NCBI GenBank assembly: GCA_001655205.1
Contig: LPNZ01007939.1
Location: 1-58,398 of the forward strand
Source of the DNA: Lenisia limosa
Taxonomy: Eukaryota; Protista; Breviatea
DNA: 58,398 nucleotides
Direction: 5' to 3'
Shown here: positions 31,501-43,200 of the stretch, piece after piece
Numbering within the stretch: position 1 is the stretch's first letter
How the letters are laid out: the number at the start of each line of letters is the position of its first letter
The notes under the pieces: model-generated
The model's database searches: none
Told to the model about the DNA's origin: nothing
The model's input: the letters and a program-made list of their open reading frames with translations, nothing else
Translations under genes and position numbers: made by a program

Positions 31501-34500
31501 TGGACGGCTCGGCCGGATACCTGTTTTATTTCGCATCTCTATTGAAGGAACAGCAATATACCCGGACCTCATTATTCAGGGATGAATCCAGTGCCTCACG
31601 CGCTTCTTCGCGTCCGCGCACTCGCGTGTCGGATCTTAAAATCATCAGGTGGGACAACACAACTGATTACATCAGAGTCGTTTATTTATCCATATAGTAC
31701 AATTATGTAGAAAACTTAACAGGGTGACCCTCGAACAATCTAACTAGCAGGTCGCTATCAATTGACTTCTCCAATCCGCCGCCGAACTCTCAGGCCCCAT
31801 CTGTGGACAATGATGACACGTGAGGGGGTGTGGCTCGTATGCTCCCTGCTAATGGCACCAGAGAAAAAGATAAAAAATATATATATAAGAAAAGAACACA
31901 GAACCGAAGCGTGTTCTCTAACCAACGGATTAACTTTCTAGGGCGTCAGTCGGATCTCGTCGTTCCATTATGGAAGAATCTGTGGCCTGGCCGAAGGAGT
32001 GGGCGTTGGTGTATTTTGGTTCTCTTTTCATTCCCATTTTTACTTCCAATATTGGCATAAATATGTTTTCGCAGAAGGATTATATTTCTTCAGCCCATTT
32101 GACCTGTAGTGACGCTGTGATACCTGGGGAAGAACTTTCGTCCGATAACGACAGTTTGGACGATTTGGTTCAGGATAGCGAGTCCCGTGCTCGAATCAAG
32201 CAACTCCAGGTACATTATACCCAAGACGTTATTGGATTATCGATGATTATAATTTAAGCTGTGTATAATCAGTTTTTGTATCATCTCTTTGACCGTGTAG
32301 GCGGAGAGACGTTTTAGTATTACGTCCCTCAGCGACTTCCCAAGCCGGCCGCCCTCCCGGCAGGGCTCAGTGAGGTAGGTCCACTTTGGTTCAAGAAAAA
32401 TACCCTCATGGGGCACCACCATAAGGGGATATCGTGGTTTTTTGCTTATCCCCTTCCCAGAAATTTCGGATCGCCACAACCACCCAACATTCCTCTGCCC
32501 GCCAATGGCATTCCCACTATAACTGTTGCGTCGGCGCACACTTCGCGTGACAACACTCCGCGGAAAATATTCCCTGTTTGAGAGACTTTTGTTTCTATGG
32601 CTGATTTCTATTGTGTTGTGAGAGATGGTATTAAATTGTAATAGCCTGCCGTTTTCATTGGATAGTAATAATCACTGCGTGCTGTTTACGATATTAGGAA
32701 CCAGAGGTTCTGGAGCCTGTTCCCATTGTTTTGGAAGAAGATTTGGATGAGGTAATTTCGGACATTTGGCATCGTGCTTACACAGTTGGGACAGGATTTG
32801 ACAGTCCAGAAGTACACTTTGGATACGACTCTTGAGACGCACAAGTCCAGCGCGTCATCACTCAGTTCTCTGGAGCCGACGCCGGTCCGGGCCTCCGTCA
32901 TTCGATCGAGGCGCCAGTCGCTCACCAGCCAGCCGGTGTACAGTACGTCTGGCATAACTGTGATCTTGGCAATATTGAGCTGGAGTAGGGTATTTCTAAT
33001 TCGCTTCAGAGTCGCCAGCCAAAGGCATATGGCAGCAGAGTGATGGCGAAGAAGACTCGAGTCTTGGTGGCAGTGACAGCTTTGATGACGATTTCGAGGT
33101 GAACGGCTTGGGGTCAGAGACATCAATATTCATTACTTCTGTCCAAAAACAGGATTTCTCGATAAATCCTCGATAAATATCGACATTTTACCGGTCTTTT
33201 TTCGGACCTAAATGAAGCCCTAATTGCTTCCCTTTGGTACCAATGACCAACAATGGGATTTTGATCTTTAGATGAAAGTGAGACTAATAGCTTACTCACC
33301 GCCAGATTCCTGAATTTGACTCCGACGACAATGGGCCAAACCAAACTGCTGATCACCTGACGCCTAATACCACGGTCTCGCTTGGCGTCTCCCCACTGAC
33401 AACGTGCGTTGCCTCTTCATTTGCATTGCTTGCCCCTATCACTTGCATTACTTACACGAGTAGGGTCACCCGAAGGCGGCGTAAGAAGAGGACCAAGACC
33501 CGGGGAGCCCCCAACCCCGCACCGCGTCCACCCTCATTCGCCACAATGGGTCGCACCCTGAGTGACAGTGAAATTGAGCTGTCCCCAGCATCACTTTGGC
33601 GCGTGCGTCGTCTGGCTGGCCTTGAGCACCTCACTCGGTCCGGGTATGTGGGATGTTGTTGCGGGTCAATCTTGGACTGGGTCTTACTGAACAGAAAATC
33701 AACCATTGATGATGTTTCTCAATCCGCACCATCAAGGCCAATTGCCCCCCAACAACCCCCAGGTTTGTTTATTATTAAAGAAATTTATTTCCTTCTTTCA
33801 TCACNNNNNNNNNNNNNNNNNNNNNNNNNNNNNNNNNNNNNNNNNNNNNNNNNNNNNNNNNNNNNNNNNNNNNNNNNNNNNNNNNNNNNNNNNNNNNNNN
33901 NNNNNNNNNNNNNNNNNNNNNNNNNNNNNNNNNNNNNNNNNNNNNNNNNNNAGCCCCCCCTGAACCCGAACCGCCCCACTCACCCCCCTGCAATAGTGTC
34001 GAATCCGATGATCCCCCGGGACCTCTTCCTAACCTTGGTTCGTTTTTAAAAATAGAGTTAATTTTTTGCAGCATCTCTCTCATTTCTACAAATTCCCACT
34101 CCTCTCTCCCCCTGTTTCTTTCTCACCCCCCCCCCCNNNNNNNNNNNNNNNNNNNNNNNNNNNNNNNNNNNNNNNNNNNNNNNNNNNNNNNNNNNNNNNN
34201 NNNNNNNNNNNNNNNNNNNNNNNNNNNNNNNNNNNNNNNNNNNNNNNNNNNNNNNNNNNNNNNNNNNNNNNNNNNNNNNNNNNNNNNNNNNNGCAACCCC
34301 ATGCTCTATATCCTTACCCCTTAGTCGGGCCTGTATCCATGCCAATTGCATCGCTTGCCTCAAACCCACCGCTCCTACCAAACCGAAGAAACGCAAAACA
34401 AAGTTGGTTATTTCCTATGATATCTAAGTCACTTTTGTTGCATATTCATTCTTTAGGCCAAGGAAGAAGCGAAAACCAAGCCACCGCAACCCCAACAGCA

Positions 34501-35290
34501 CCAATCCGCTCTACACGTCGTCCAGTATAGCCTTGCCCGAGGCTCCGTCTCAGTCAGTGCCACCTCCTTACGGAAGAACCCCTTCCCCAGGTTGCTTGGA
34601 TGGTCCTCTTGTTATGTTTCGGAAATTGGCGAGTTAATTTCTGATTCCATTTCAGCGCATCTCCGTCGGCAGCTGCGGCCTATTTCCGCAGGCAACCCTG
34701 GATTCCGGTTTGTTACTATCTTGAAACTACTTTGGTTTCGCATCTATATTCCAGACTATAATTACATCTATTATAGTATTAGTCTCACTCTCTTCAGCTC
34801 AACAGTGCACCACAAACCCAGCCCTTCCATTCGTAAGGGGTTCGTTCCCTCTTCTTGGCTTTGCAGCTTGGCTTGGCGGAGTTATCGGACAGACAATCAT
34901 AATTCTTCTTGGCGTATCTGACCATTTAGCACTTCGTCGCTCAGCCCTTGACGCCCCTCTCCCAAGACTCGAAGCTTCCCTCCCCCCTCCACCCCGCGNN
35001 NNNNNNNNNNNNNNNNNNNNNNNNNNNNNNNNNNNNNNNNNNNNNNNNNNNNNNNNNNNNNNNNNNNNNNNNCCCTTAGGCCTTTGTTTCGCCCACGCCC
35101 CCTCCCCCCGGCCCTCGCCCGGTGTCAGCAGGACCACGAAAATCGAAAATGCTTTCGCCGTATGCTGGAGGGGAATCGCCTCCATTTTATCATGTATTTT
35201 GTGGTCATGTGACCTTGTAGGTTTATGAAACCCTCCTTGCGAGCTGTCGGAATTGCATTCCCGGACCCCCTGTCAAGAGGGTTCCGATGA
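28580..35290 (+). CDS. Large low-complexity protein: acidic N-terminus, Lys/Glu repeat, Ser/Pro-rich C-terminal half; 3' end approximate
   Basis: MGRTRSSPKKKGPD|LNSVIDDVDLSNSDDDVDNFLIDDEDDIDLQKLLQK splices in phase; 1.5-kb exon ~29320-30890; many further + strand exons to ~35290, interrupted by N gaps. No known domain recognised. Confidence 0.65.
29630..30090 (+). repeat. Coding tandem repeat, ~24-bp / 8-aa unit (EEEERLKK / EEEEKLKK)
   Basis: Visible directly in ORF 29381..30943 as roughly 18 degenerate units. Confidence 0.95.
33126..33222. mobile_element. hAT-like MITE family A, copy 5 (intronic, left end eroded)
   Basis: Right end ccggtcttttttcggacctaaatgaagcccta; shared core ctcgataaatcctcga. 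Confidence 0.75.
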
Positions 35291-35470
35291 CCCCTTTCCA
35301 TTATTTAGTTGCCCTTTCTTTGTTCTATTCTATATTATAGGTTGTAGTATTAGATTGTGTCGTGAGGACTTTCCCAATGTATTTGCAAATTTCACCAATT
35401 GGATCGAAACAGTCATACAATTACATCTATGAAATCAGCTATGGTACAATTAATCTACACCTAATATTAC

Positions 35471-38266
35471 CTACTTTACCATTTTCAAAATAGCATCAAT
35501 GTCCAACTCCTCAACATCAGCAACAAATTGTCCCTGCATGATACCTCCTCCAAACCTGAACCATCAAGACTGTGGGTGAAATGACATCACTTGACAAAAA
35601 AAAAGAGAAATCGGCATGGTTGCAATTCACTTCTATTTTCCACCCGATTCCACAAACCTGCCTCGGCCCTTTCGAACCGTTGCATCCGATCCAACACTAG
35701 GGGTCTGCATTCGAGCCTCAATAACCTGAAGGATTATAGGCAAAATCACACTTCTCAAAAACCGAACTCTTGCTCACCTTCATCGCCCGATCGAACTGTC
35801 CCTTCATTTCTAACTTTTCTGCTTTCTTCATGTCAGCTAAAAGGTAAAACCGAGGATAAAAGGAATCTAATTACCTTTAGCTTGCTTTCTTTCACTTTTT
35901 GGAAGTGTTTTCAAGTATTCCTTCTTTTTTGCTGTTTCAATTTTTGTAAGCCTCTTTTCTTCTTTTCGTTCCTCCTTCTTTTCTTTCTTTTCCTCTTTCC
36001 TTTCTTCCTTCTCTCTTAATTCTTCTTTTTCTCGTGCTTCCTTTTCTTCCAAATCGCTCTCTTTTTGCACGGCCCCATAAATCTTTTTCGACCTTTGACT
36101 CTCTCTCAGCTTCTTTTCAAGGTCTGAAATAGTTGTGTCCTGAAATTGGGGTGCTTCAGATTCCTTCTCATCTTCAGAATCCACCTCAACAACGAAGTCT
36201 GATGCTTTGGAAATATCAACGTCATCTTCTTCTTCAATTCGTTCTTCAATCAACTCTTTGGGTACGTCTTCCTTTTCTTCCATTTTTTGTCGATATGATT
36301 TCTCACTTTTCTTCATTTCTTCAACAATGACCTCCTTTTTGTCTTCGGGTCTGACATCATTTTGCGCTTTATCCTTCCCTTCCTTTCTTTCCCTTTCATC
36401 TCGGTCTCCTTTTCTATCGTCTCTTCTATCGTCTCTTCTTTCATCTTTTCTTTCATCTTTTCTTTCATCTCTTCTTTCATCATAATCTCTTCTTTCATCC
36501 CTTCTATCGTCTCTTCTTTCATCTCTTCTTTCATCTCTTCTTTTATCTCTTCTTTCATCCCTTCTTTCATCTCTTCTTTCATCCTTTCTTTTATCCCTTC
36601 TTTCATCCCTTCTATCGTCTCTTCTTTCATCTCTTCTTTCATCTCTTCTTCCATCACAATCTCTTCTTTCATCTCTCCTTTCATCCCTTCTGTCATCTCT
36701 TCTGTCATCCCTTCGTTCATCATAATCTCTTCTTTCATCCCTTCTTTCATCTCTTCGCTCATCATAATCCCGTCTTCTCTCATGACTTCTTTCATCCCTC
36801 GTCAACCTTTCAGATTCCTTTCCTTGCTCCATTGGTACACCATCTTCCCTTTCAAACTTATGATACAACCCTGCATACTTGGACTTTTCTTCCTTCCTCT
36901 TCCTTCCTTCATAGTACTCTCTGTCTATTCCGCCCTTCCGTCGGATTTCCCGGCTTTTTTCTGATGGTGAACCCGCCAGGTCTCTTTCGCGTTTCATCCG
37001 CCCTGCTTCTTCTTTTCTAAGCTGATCAACTTTCTGATGCAGCAACATAAATCTAGGCTTGATTTTAATTTTATATTTTCATTATGATGGTGACTATAGG
37101 AAACAAAGAGGCAAAAAAGCAAATAAGATTACGCATGATATGCTCTGCATATACTAATACTACATGTGATATCATATCATTTACATACCAATATATAATA
37201 TGATTATACATGTGTATGATATATGTATATATATATATATACATAGCATAGTAGTATATATCATTTGTACATGTATATTATAGTATGGGTCTATAATAGT
37301 ACGTTTATTCTACTAATATGATATGATTTATAATTTACATATCCATAGTGTATAGTTGTAATATCACAATATCACATCGTCCATATTTCTGTGAATTTTC
37401 CTCTATCTGTGAAAAAAAGCCAATTGAACATTTTCCTTGATAAAATAAGTTGAGTATTACAGTATTTATCATATAATATTAATTNNNNNNNNNNNNNNNN
37501 NNNNNNNNNNNNNNNNNNNNNNNNNNNNNNNNNNNNNNNNNNNNNNNNNNNNNNNNNNNNNNNNNNNNNNNNNNNNNNNNNNNNNNNNNNNNNNNNNNNN
37601 NNNNNNNNNNNNNNNNNNNNNNNNNNNNNNNNNNNNNNNNNNNNNNNNNNTATATGGATGGTGTGATATATAAAAAAAAAATAGACGAGAAAAAGGCTTA
37701 CCCAAAAAGGATGACATTTCTATTGTGCTCCCTAAATAGTGAACAGGAGACTCTGCTAATATTTCCCACTGAAAAGAATAGCAAATGAAAGAGACGGGCC
37801 AGTGGACCTATTGTTTTGGATTGAAACTACTTTAAAGCTATTATAAACATTGACCCCCATTTACCTGTTTTTGATATTGTGGGTTTCAGTTTGGTCTATA
37901 AGCCTGTTCAAAAAGCCCTTGTTGGTCCTGCTTTTTGGAGGTGGCCGTTGGCGCTGAGTTCTAAAAAGTCAACTGAATTGGCTTGAATCATGATTCTGAA
38001 CTCAGTCTCTCTATCGGACATAAACTTATTTTAATCTTCCTTTCTCTTCATTGTTATCCTCAACCTGGGTTAATGTCAAAATTAAACCACTGGGAGGTTG
38101 AATGCGACAACATAAAACACCCCTCAAACACAAGATGGTCAAGGAGAAATACGCCAACTCCGCTTGTTTCAGACTTTACGGCCTTTTCTGCCGCTGCTTC
38201 TGCAATCAATTGGGCTATGTAGGCGTCATCGTCAAGGTCAATGTCGTCATGCTCATTGGATGACAT
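35471..38266 (-). CDS. Arg/Asp/Glu-rich protein, probably nuclear; single-gene model bridges an N gap
   Basis: N-terminus MSSNEHDDIDLDDDAYIAQLIAEAAAEKAVKSETSGVGVFLL...RPPPKSRTNKGFLNRLIDQTETHN; 1.2-kb exon ~35870-37050 with (RRDE)n; short C-terminal exons ending QGQFVADVEELDIDAILKMVK (TAG at 35471-35473). Confidence 0.62.
36400..36790 (-). repeat. Coding 12-bp tandem repeat (RRDE/RKDE)n
   Basis: Repeated tctcttctttca-type units on the + strand; RDERRDE... in ORF 35867..37048. Confidence 0.95.
37090..37368. repeat. Degenerate TA-rich low-complexity tract (atatcatatg-like motifs), intronic
   Basis: Very AT-rich; similar shorter tracts at ~2010-2035, 8270-8300, 12165-12205, 14170-14230, 23510-23575 and 43740-43855. 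Confidence 0.6.
37369..37671. mobile_element. TIR element (MITE family B), intronic, interior mostly an N gap
   Basis: Left end atatcacatcgtccatat; right end tatatggatggtgtgatatat is its inverted repeat. The first ~72 bp recur at 58327-58398 with 4 differences. Confidence 0.75.
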
Positions 38267-38644
38267 GCTCAGTCAAGAGCGTTGACGTAGCTGATTTCAC
38301 GCTGTAGGGAGTTTTCCTACTTTTTCCTCCTCCAACAAAACAAATATTTAAAAGTGAAGTAAATGAGGTTGCGTGCAAAAAGGAAGAGAACAACAAATGC
38401 AACAAACAAAAAAATCAACTAAAGGAAGGTGGCGACGACGCCAAATTATAAAAGTAAACGCGCACAAAAAATATTACAAAGCAACAACCGTAGTCTGATA
38501 TAAGTCAGTATATTTTCAGGATTTGGACGAAATTTAAGGTAGTTTTAAGGAAACTAAAAGAAGGCAGGCAGGCAGAAAGCGGGAGGGAACCCACATCTTT
38601 TATTTTGCGGTGTAGCTAGACCCCTCTCTCTTTAATTTGACATC

Positions 38645-40053
38645 ATGTTTGCTTTTGACATGAAAGGGTTCCTCTCCTTGGGGATTTGGTAAGCTTTCCG
38701 TCTTCCTCTTTTTCTCTTATACTCTAGGTATGTGTTCAACATTGCCACCCTCATCCTCAACAAATACCTCTTTCAAATAATGAAATTCACCTATCCTCTC
38801 ACATTGACGTCAATCCACATGCTTGTCTGCACTGTTGGCACCTGGATCATCATAGATATCCTCAAGATCTTCCCCCGCCAGGCTGTCCCGAATAAGTCTA
38901 CCACAGTTTGGCCTCTTGGGTAAGCCAAATTCCTGGTTTTTTGGGGGCTTTTTGATAACCATTGAAAGGGGGGATTATGTGGAAGGTTCGATATTTGTTC
39001 ACAGTGTAGCGCCCTGTTCTGCTTCAATATTGTTCTTGGCAACATTTCGTTGAGGTGGATCGCAGTGTCGTTTATGCAGACTATTAAGGTGCGTTTTAAA
39101 GAATATTTATGCAAAGCATGAAAGGGATTTCACAACCTCTTCCCAAAAATGCCACTTTGACCCTTTAGTCTTCCGTGCCGGCCTTCACCTGTCTCATGCA
39201 GCTCATCTTCCTCAACATCCACCTGTCCACCCCCATGTATTTGAGTCTCATTCCCATTGTCGGCGGCGTGGCGTTGGCTTCGTTCACTGAGGCCAACTTT
39301 GAGATGATCGGCTTCATGGCTGCCTTCATTGCCTCTATCACAACCGGTACGATCTGAGTCTATATCGGGTGTTATATAATGTTGAGATGCTCACGTACGC
39401 AGCTATTCAAACCATTCTCTCGGGCTATCTTCTCAAGGACTTGAAGCTTGACAGTACGAATTTGTTGTCCCAAATGGCCCCTGTGGCACTGGTCCTTCTG
39501 ACTCCCTTTGCAATGGTAAGTCGAGGTCTTGTCCGTTACGTTGCCTAGGTCCTTGAATGGGGCCGCATCCCGGAGTGGCAGTACTACGGCGAAGTTGCTC
39601 CCGTCATCATCCTTTGCATTTCAGGAAGTCTTGCACTTGCTCTGAGTATGGAGGGGGCATTGACCAGCAGGAAGGACACGAACTGACCTCTTAGACTTCA
39701 CAACATTCCTTGCCATTTCGCACACGTCAGCTCTGACCTTCAATGTGGCTGGAAACCTCAAGGTTGTCTTGTCGGTGTGTATCAGCGTGGCCATTTTCAA
39801 GAATGAGGTACTTGGGCTTTGTAGAACCAACAAAGTTGACCCCCCCCCCCTCTGTTTTGTTTCATAATCCCAGTTTTACTCCTTCCGTATTTTCTGGCTT
39901 TGTATATGTTTTCCATTTGCCAAGCCTGACGCTCAGATTACGTTCCTCAACGGAATCGGATGCGCCCTCGCCATCGGCGGTGTCATCCTGTATAACCACC
40001 TCAAATTCCTCCAAAACCAGGCCAAGTCTCAGGCGTCTGTTCCTGCCAAATAG
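38645..40053 (+). CDS. SLC35E / triose-phosphate-transporter-family (DMT superfamily) nucleotide-sugar transporter
   Basis: WYVFNIATLILNKYLF...FTYPLTLTSIH; FCFNIVLGNISLRWIAVSFMQTIKSSVPAFT; LSLIPIVGGVALASFTEANF; HTSALTFNVAGNLKVVLSVCISVAIFKNEITFLNGIGCALAIGGVILYN; TAG at 40051-40053. Confidence 0.92.
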
Positions 40054-40286
40054 AGTGTTTCTTGTATCATGTATATACCCCCCATGTACCCCCCCTGTGT
40101 GATGGGATACGGTGCTGCAGAATCAAATGACCTGGCCTGGGCTTTGTTTTGTTGTTATTTGTCAGCCAACAGAGTTAATTTGGCCTTTTATTTCATAAAT
40201 CTAATTTTACTCCCCGCCTCTCCCCGTGCCCCATACTTCGTAAGAAATGTCATTAAATAATAAAAGAAACCTTGAAATCAGAAATC

Positions 40287-43200
40287 CTACTCCCTCCGTC
40301 CCATCAGCAAGTTGGCCTTGACTCTGTCATCATCTTGCGTCCGCCGCCGCGCCTCAATCGCCTCCCTTAGAGCCGCCTCGGATACCGGGCTATCACGGCG
40401 CTCCTCGGTCTCGGCTATAGGTCGACGCCGCCGGCCGCGTATTTTGAACAGCCTCTTCTTCTTTTGCGAGGGGGGGGGGCCCTGAAAGATAAATTTTGCA
40501 GTAAAGTCTCTATTGAAACTAGGAGGATAGAGATCCGGCGGTTGAACATCAAGCAACACGGACCTGCAAAAGGAGCTGGTCAGGGTTTGGCTGTGCAGAC
40601 GACGACCCAATGATTTTGCGTTTAAGGAGGCCGCCCATATGTCCGAGGATGTTGTAGATAATTGCCGACTTCATCTGTGCTCCCAGTGCCTAAGTCGTGA
40701 GTGGAACAAATTATATTATATATTATAGCAATGAGAAATAAGAAATAAGATTGTATCTGGCCGAAGCCTTCAACACCATCACGCTTATAGGAGATATTGA
40801 ATTATATAATATATTAACTCACCCAATCATTTGCCTTACAACTCTGTGCACACACTTTCTGCGTGCCTTCCAAGAAATAAAGCACACAGCCTCCCGCGGG
40901 CAGATAAGCCCCCCCCCCCACAGCCCAGGAGCAGATAAGGTCGGTGTACGCTAGCGGCGAAATGGTAACTGGCCAGTCATCGAAGTCCAAAGCCGACCGT
41001 CCGGCTGGGGAGGGGGGGGGGGTGAAATTGAAAAATTCTTGAAACNNNNNNNNNNNNNNNNNNNNNNNNNNNNNNNNNNNNNNNNNNNNNNNNNNNNNNN
41101 NNNNNNNNNNNNNNNNNNNNNNNNNNNNNNNNNNNNNNNNNNNNNNNNNNNNNNNNNNNNNNNNNNNNNNNNNNNNNNNNNNNNNNNNNNNNNNNNNNNN
41201 NNNNNNNNNNNNNNNNNNNNAAAAGATGACAATGAAGAACATAACGAGACCCACTTTCCGATCCCCTCCAGGAAAGGTTGATTTTGACCTTGGGTATGGC
41301 TACCTGTTCAAAGGAAATGTTGTTCTCTGAATGGTGAAAAGAGTCCTTAACAGTGCAAACAACCTCTCCTTAGATCCATTTCATCGAACGTTGACCGCCG
41401 TCCTTCCCTTTGCTTCCGCTTCGCTTTTCGGTCCTATTTCGTCAAGGACCAGGTTTTTCACAAAATGCGAGTATAATTATAAAAGTAATCTTTGATCATC
41501 AAGATCGATCCATGCACAGCTCCAGCCAACCGAGAAAACAGGTTGGCTGACGTCATGCTCGGGGTCGCTGTCGTGGAAATGGTCCTGTTCGCCATATCCT
41601 TAGGGGTCAGTCATCATTGGGAGGAGCTCACCAATAGTGGATGTGGCATCATCCAAATCCATTTGTGCACTGAGCGAACTACGACTTCTCTGGTGACGCG
41701 GCAAGCTGAAAGATGTATTACAGAAAAATGGAAGATTCAATGAGAGCAAACTCTCATTACTTTTTCTTCAACATAATACGAACAGCTCCACCACAAGCCC
41801 ACTTAGAGGAGCTGGAGCCGGCCCTAAGAGGCGAGTTCGGCATCGAGCTAATGAGAGTCGCGTCACCAACACTGGACTTACTCCTCCGATGCCGACTGAA
41901 ACGTCAGATGGATCATAATGTTGTATTGGTCCTATTGGGACCTAGGGGAAGCTTAAGTAATATGATAAAGGACAATTTATAACATAGTAGTGACAGCAAT
42001 CTCTGGTCTGGGGAAGAAAGACGCTATCGCAGAGGAAACGAGCCCTTGTGTTCTCGTCACCTTGCAGCAAGAGGAGCAGTTGGAGAGTCTTCAGACGGCG
42101 GCGTGGCCTCCTGCACAACAATGGAACCCATTCTGTTCGCGTGTACGGTAGCAGCCATGGACATTCGTCGACTGTGGGGTCAGCCAATTGGCAAAGGGCT
42201 TCCCTCAGTGGTAATCGGTAGTCTATCAAGCTCACTTTTGGAGGTTGTTCTGGTTTGGAGCTGGAGCAAGCAGTTGGCTTGTCATTGAACCACTTCCGCT
42301 GTTGGACCGGCTGTGGGACTAAATTGTGAGAAAGATAGGAGCATGATGAAGGGTTTTACAGGGGGGGGGGGGNNNNNNNNNNNNNNNNNNNNNNNNNNNN
42401 NNNNNNNNNNNNNNNNNNNNNNNNNNNNNNNNNNNNNNNNNNNNNNNNNNNNTTTACTATGGACAATTTGACACAATTTTTTTTTTATAATTATCAGTGT
42501 GGACCCACTCTTGCAGGAGATGCGGTGTAGAGGTTGGGGTCAAGAGACATACGTCTGGGCGACCTTGGTGACACGTTACCTCCAACTTAGGGTGTTAGAA
42601 GACGGGGAGAGAACGCGTTGCAATATGACAAATGATTGGATTAATAACCTCATGAAACCATCTATCATTATAAACGTGAAGTGGTCTGAATAGCCTAGTT
42701 ATACAATCAAGCGCCAAGAACCTGATTTTCCTCGAGCGTGGGATGGGCCTGGTACTTCCAGGGAAAGTGACTGTCTTCCTGGTCTCTGAACCACGCCGCT
42801 CGAAGCTGCTCGCTGGGGGAGGGTGAGAGATGTATTGGGGCAGGATAACAATAGAACAGCATCTCACCTGCATTACTGGAGTGGACGGGGGAATGATCGC
42901 CGGTTTGGCTGCAGGTGGGACTTCCTCGGGGGAAAAGAAGCGCCAGACCTAAAGACTAAATTGCTTTCGAGTAGTTGCTTTTCATTTTTGTCAAATATTT
43001 ACTTTTGAGGATTCTGATCGCTAGATCTAAAGCCCTTAGTCCATGACATTTGTGAGTTCGGCTCACCTGTCGTCCGAGGTCGCGGGTCATAGACACCTTG
43101 AGGGGGGCAGCAAACATGTAGGTGGAGGCGTACACAGCTATACCAGCAACCTGGGGGGTTACTTCGAAGGGAACGATACAAAACGGGCAGATGAAGACAT

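Noticed and set aside
29600-36964. Very hydrophobic F/L/S/I-rich or Met-rich ORFs (29600..30184, 29634..30338, 36313..36795, 36362..36964)
   Set aside because: Antisense or shifted readings of the KE and RD coding repeats.
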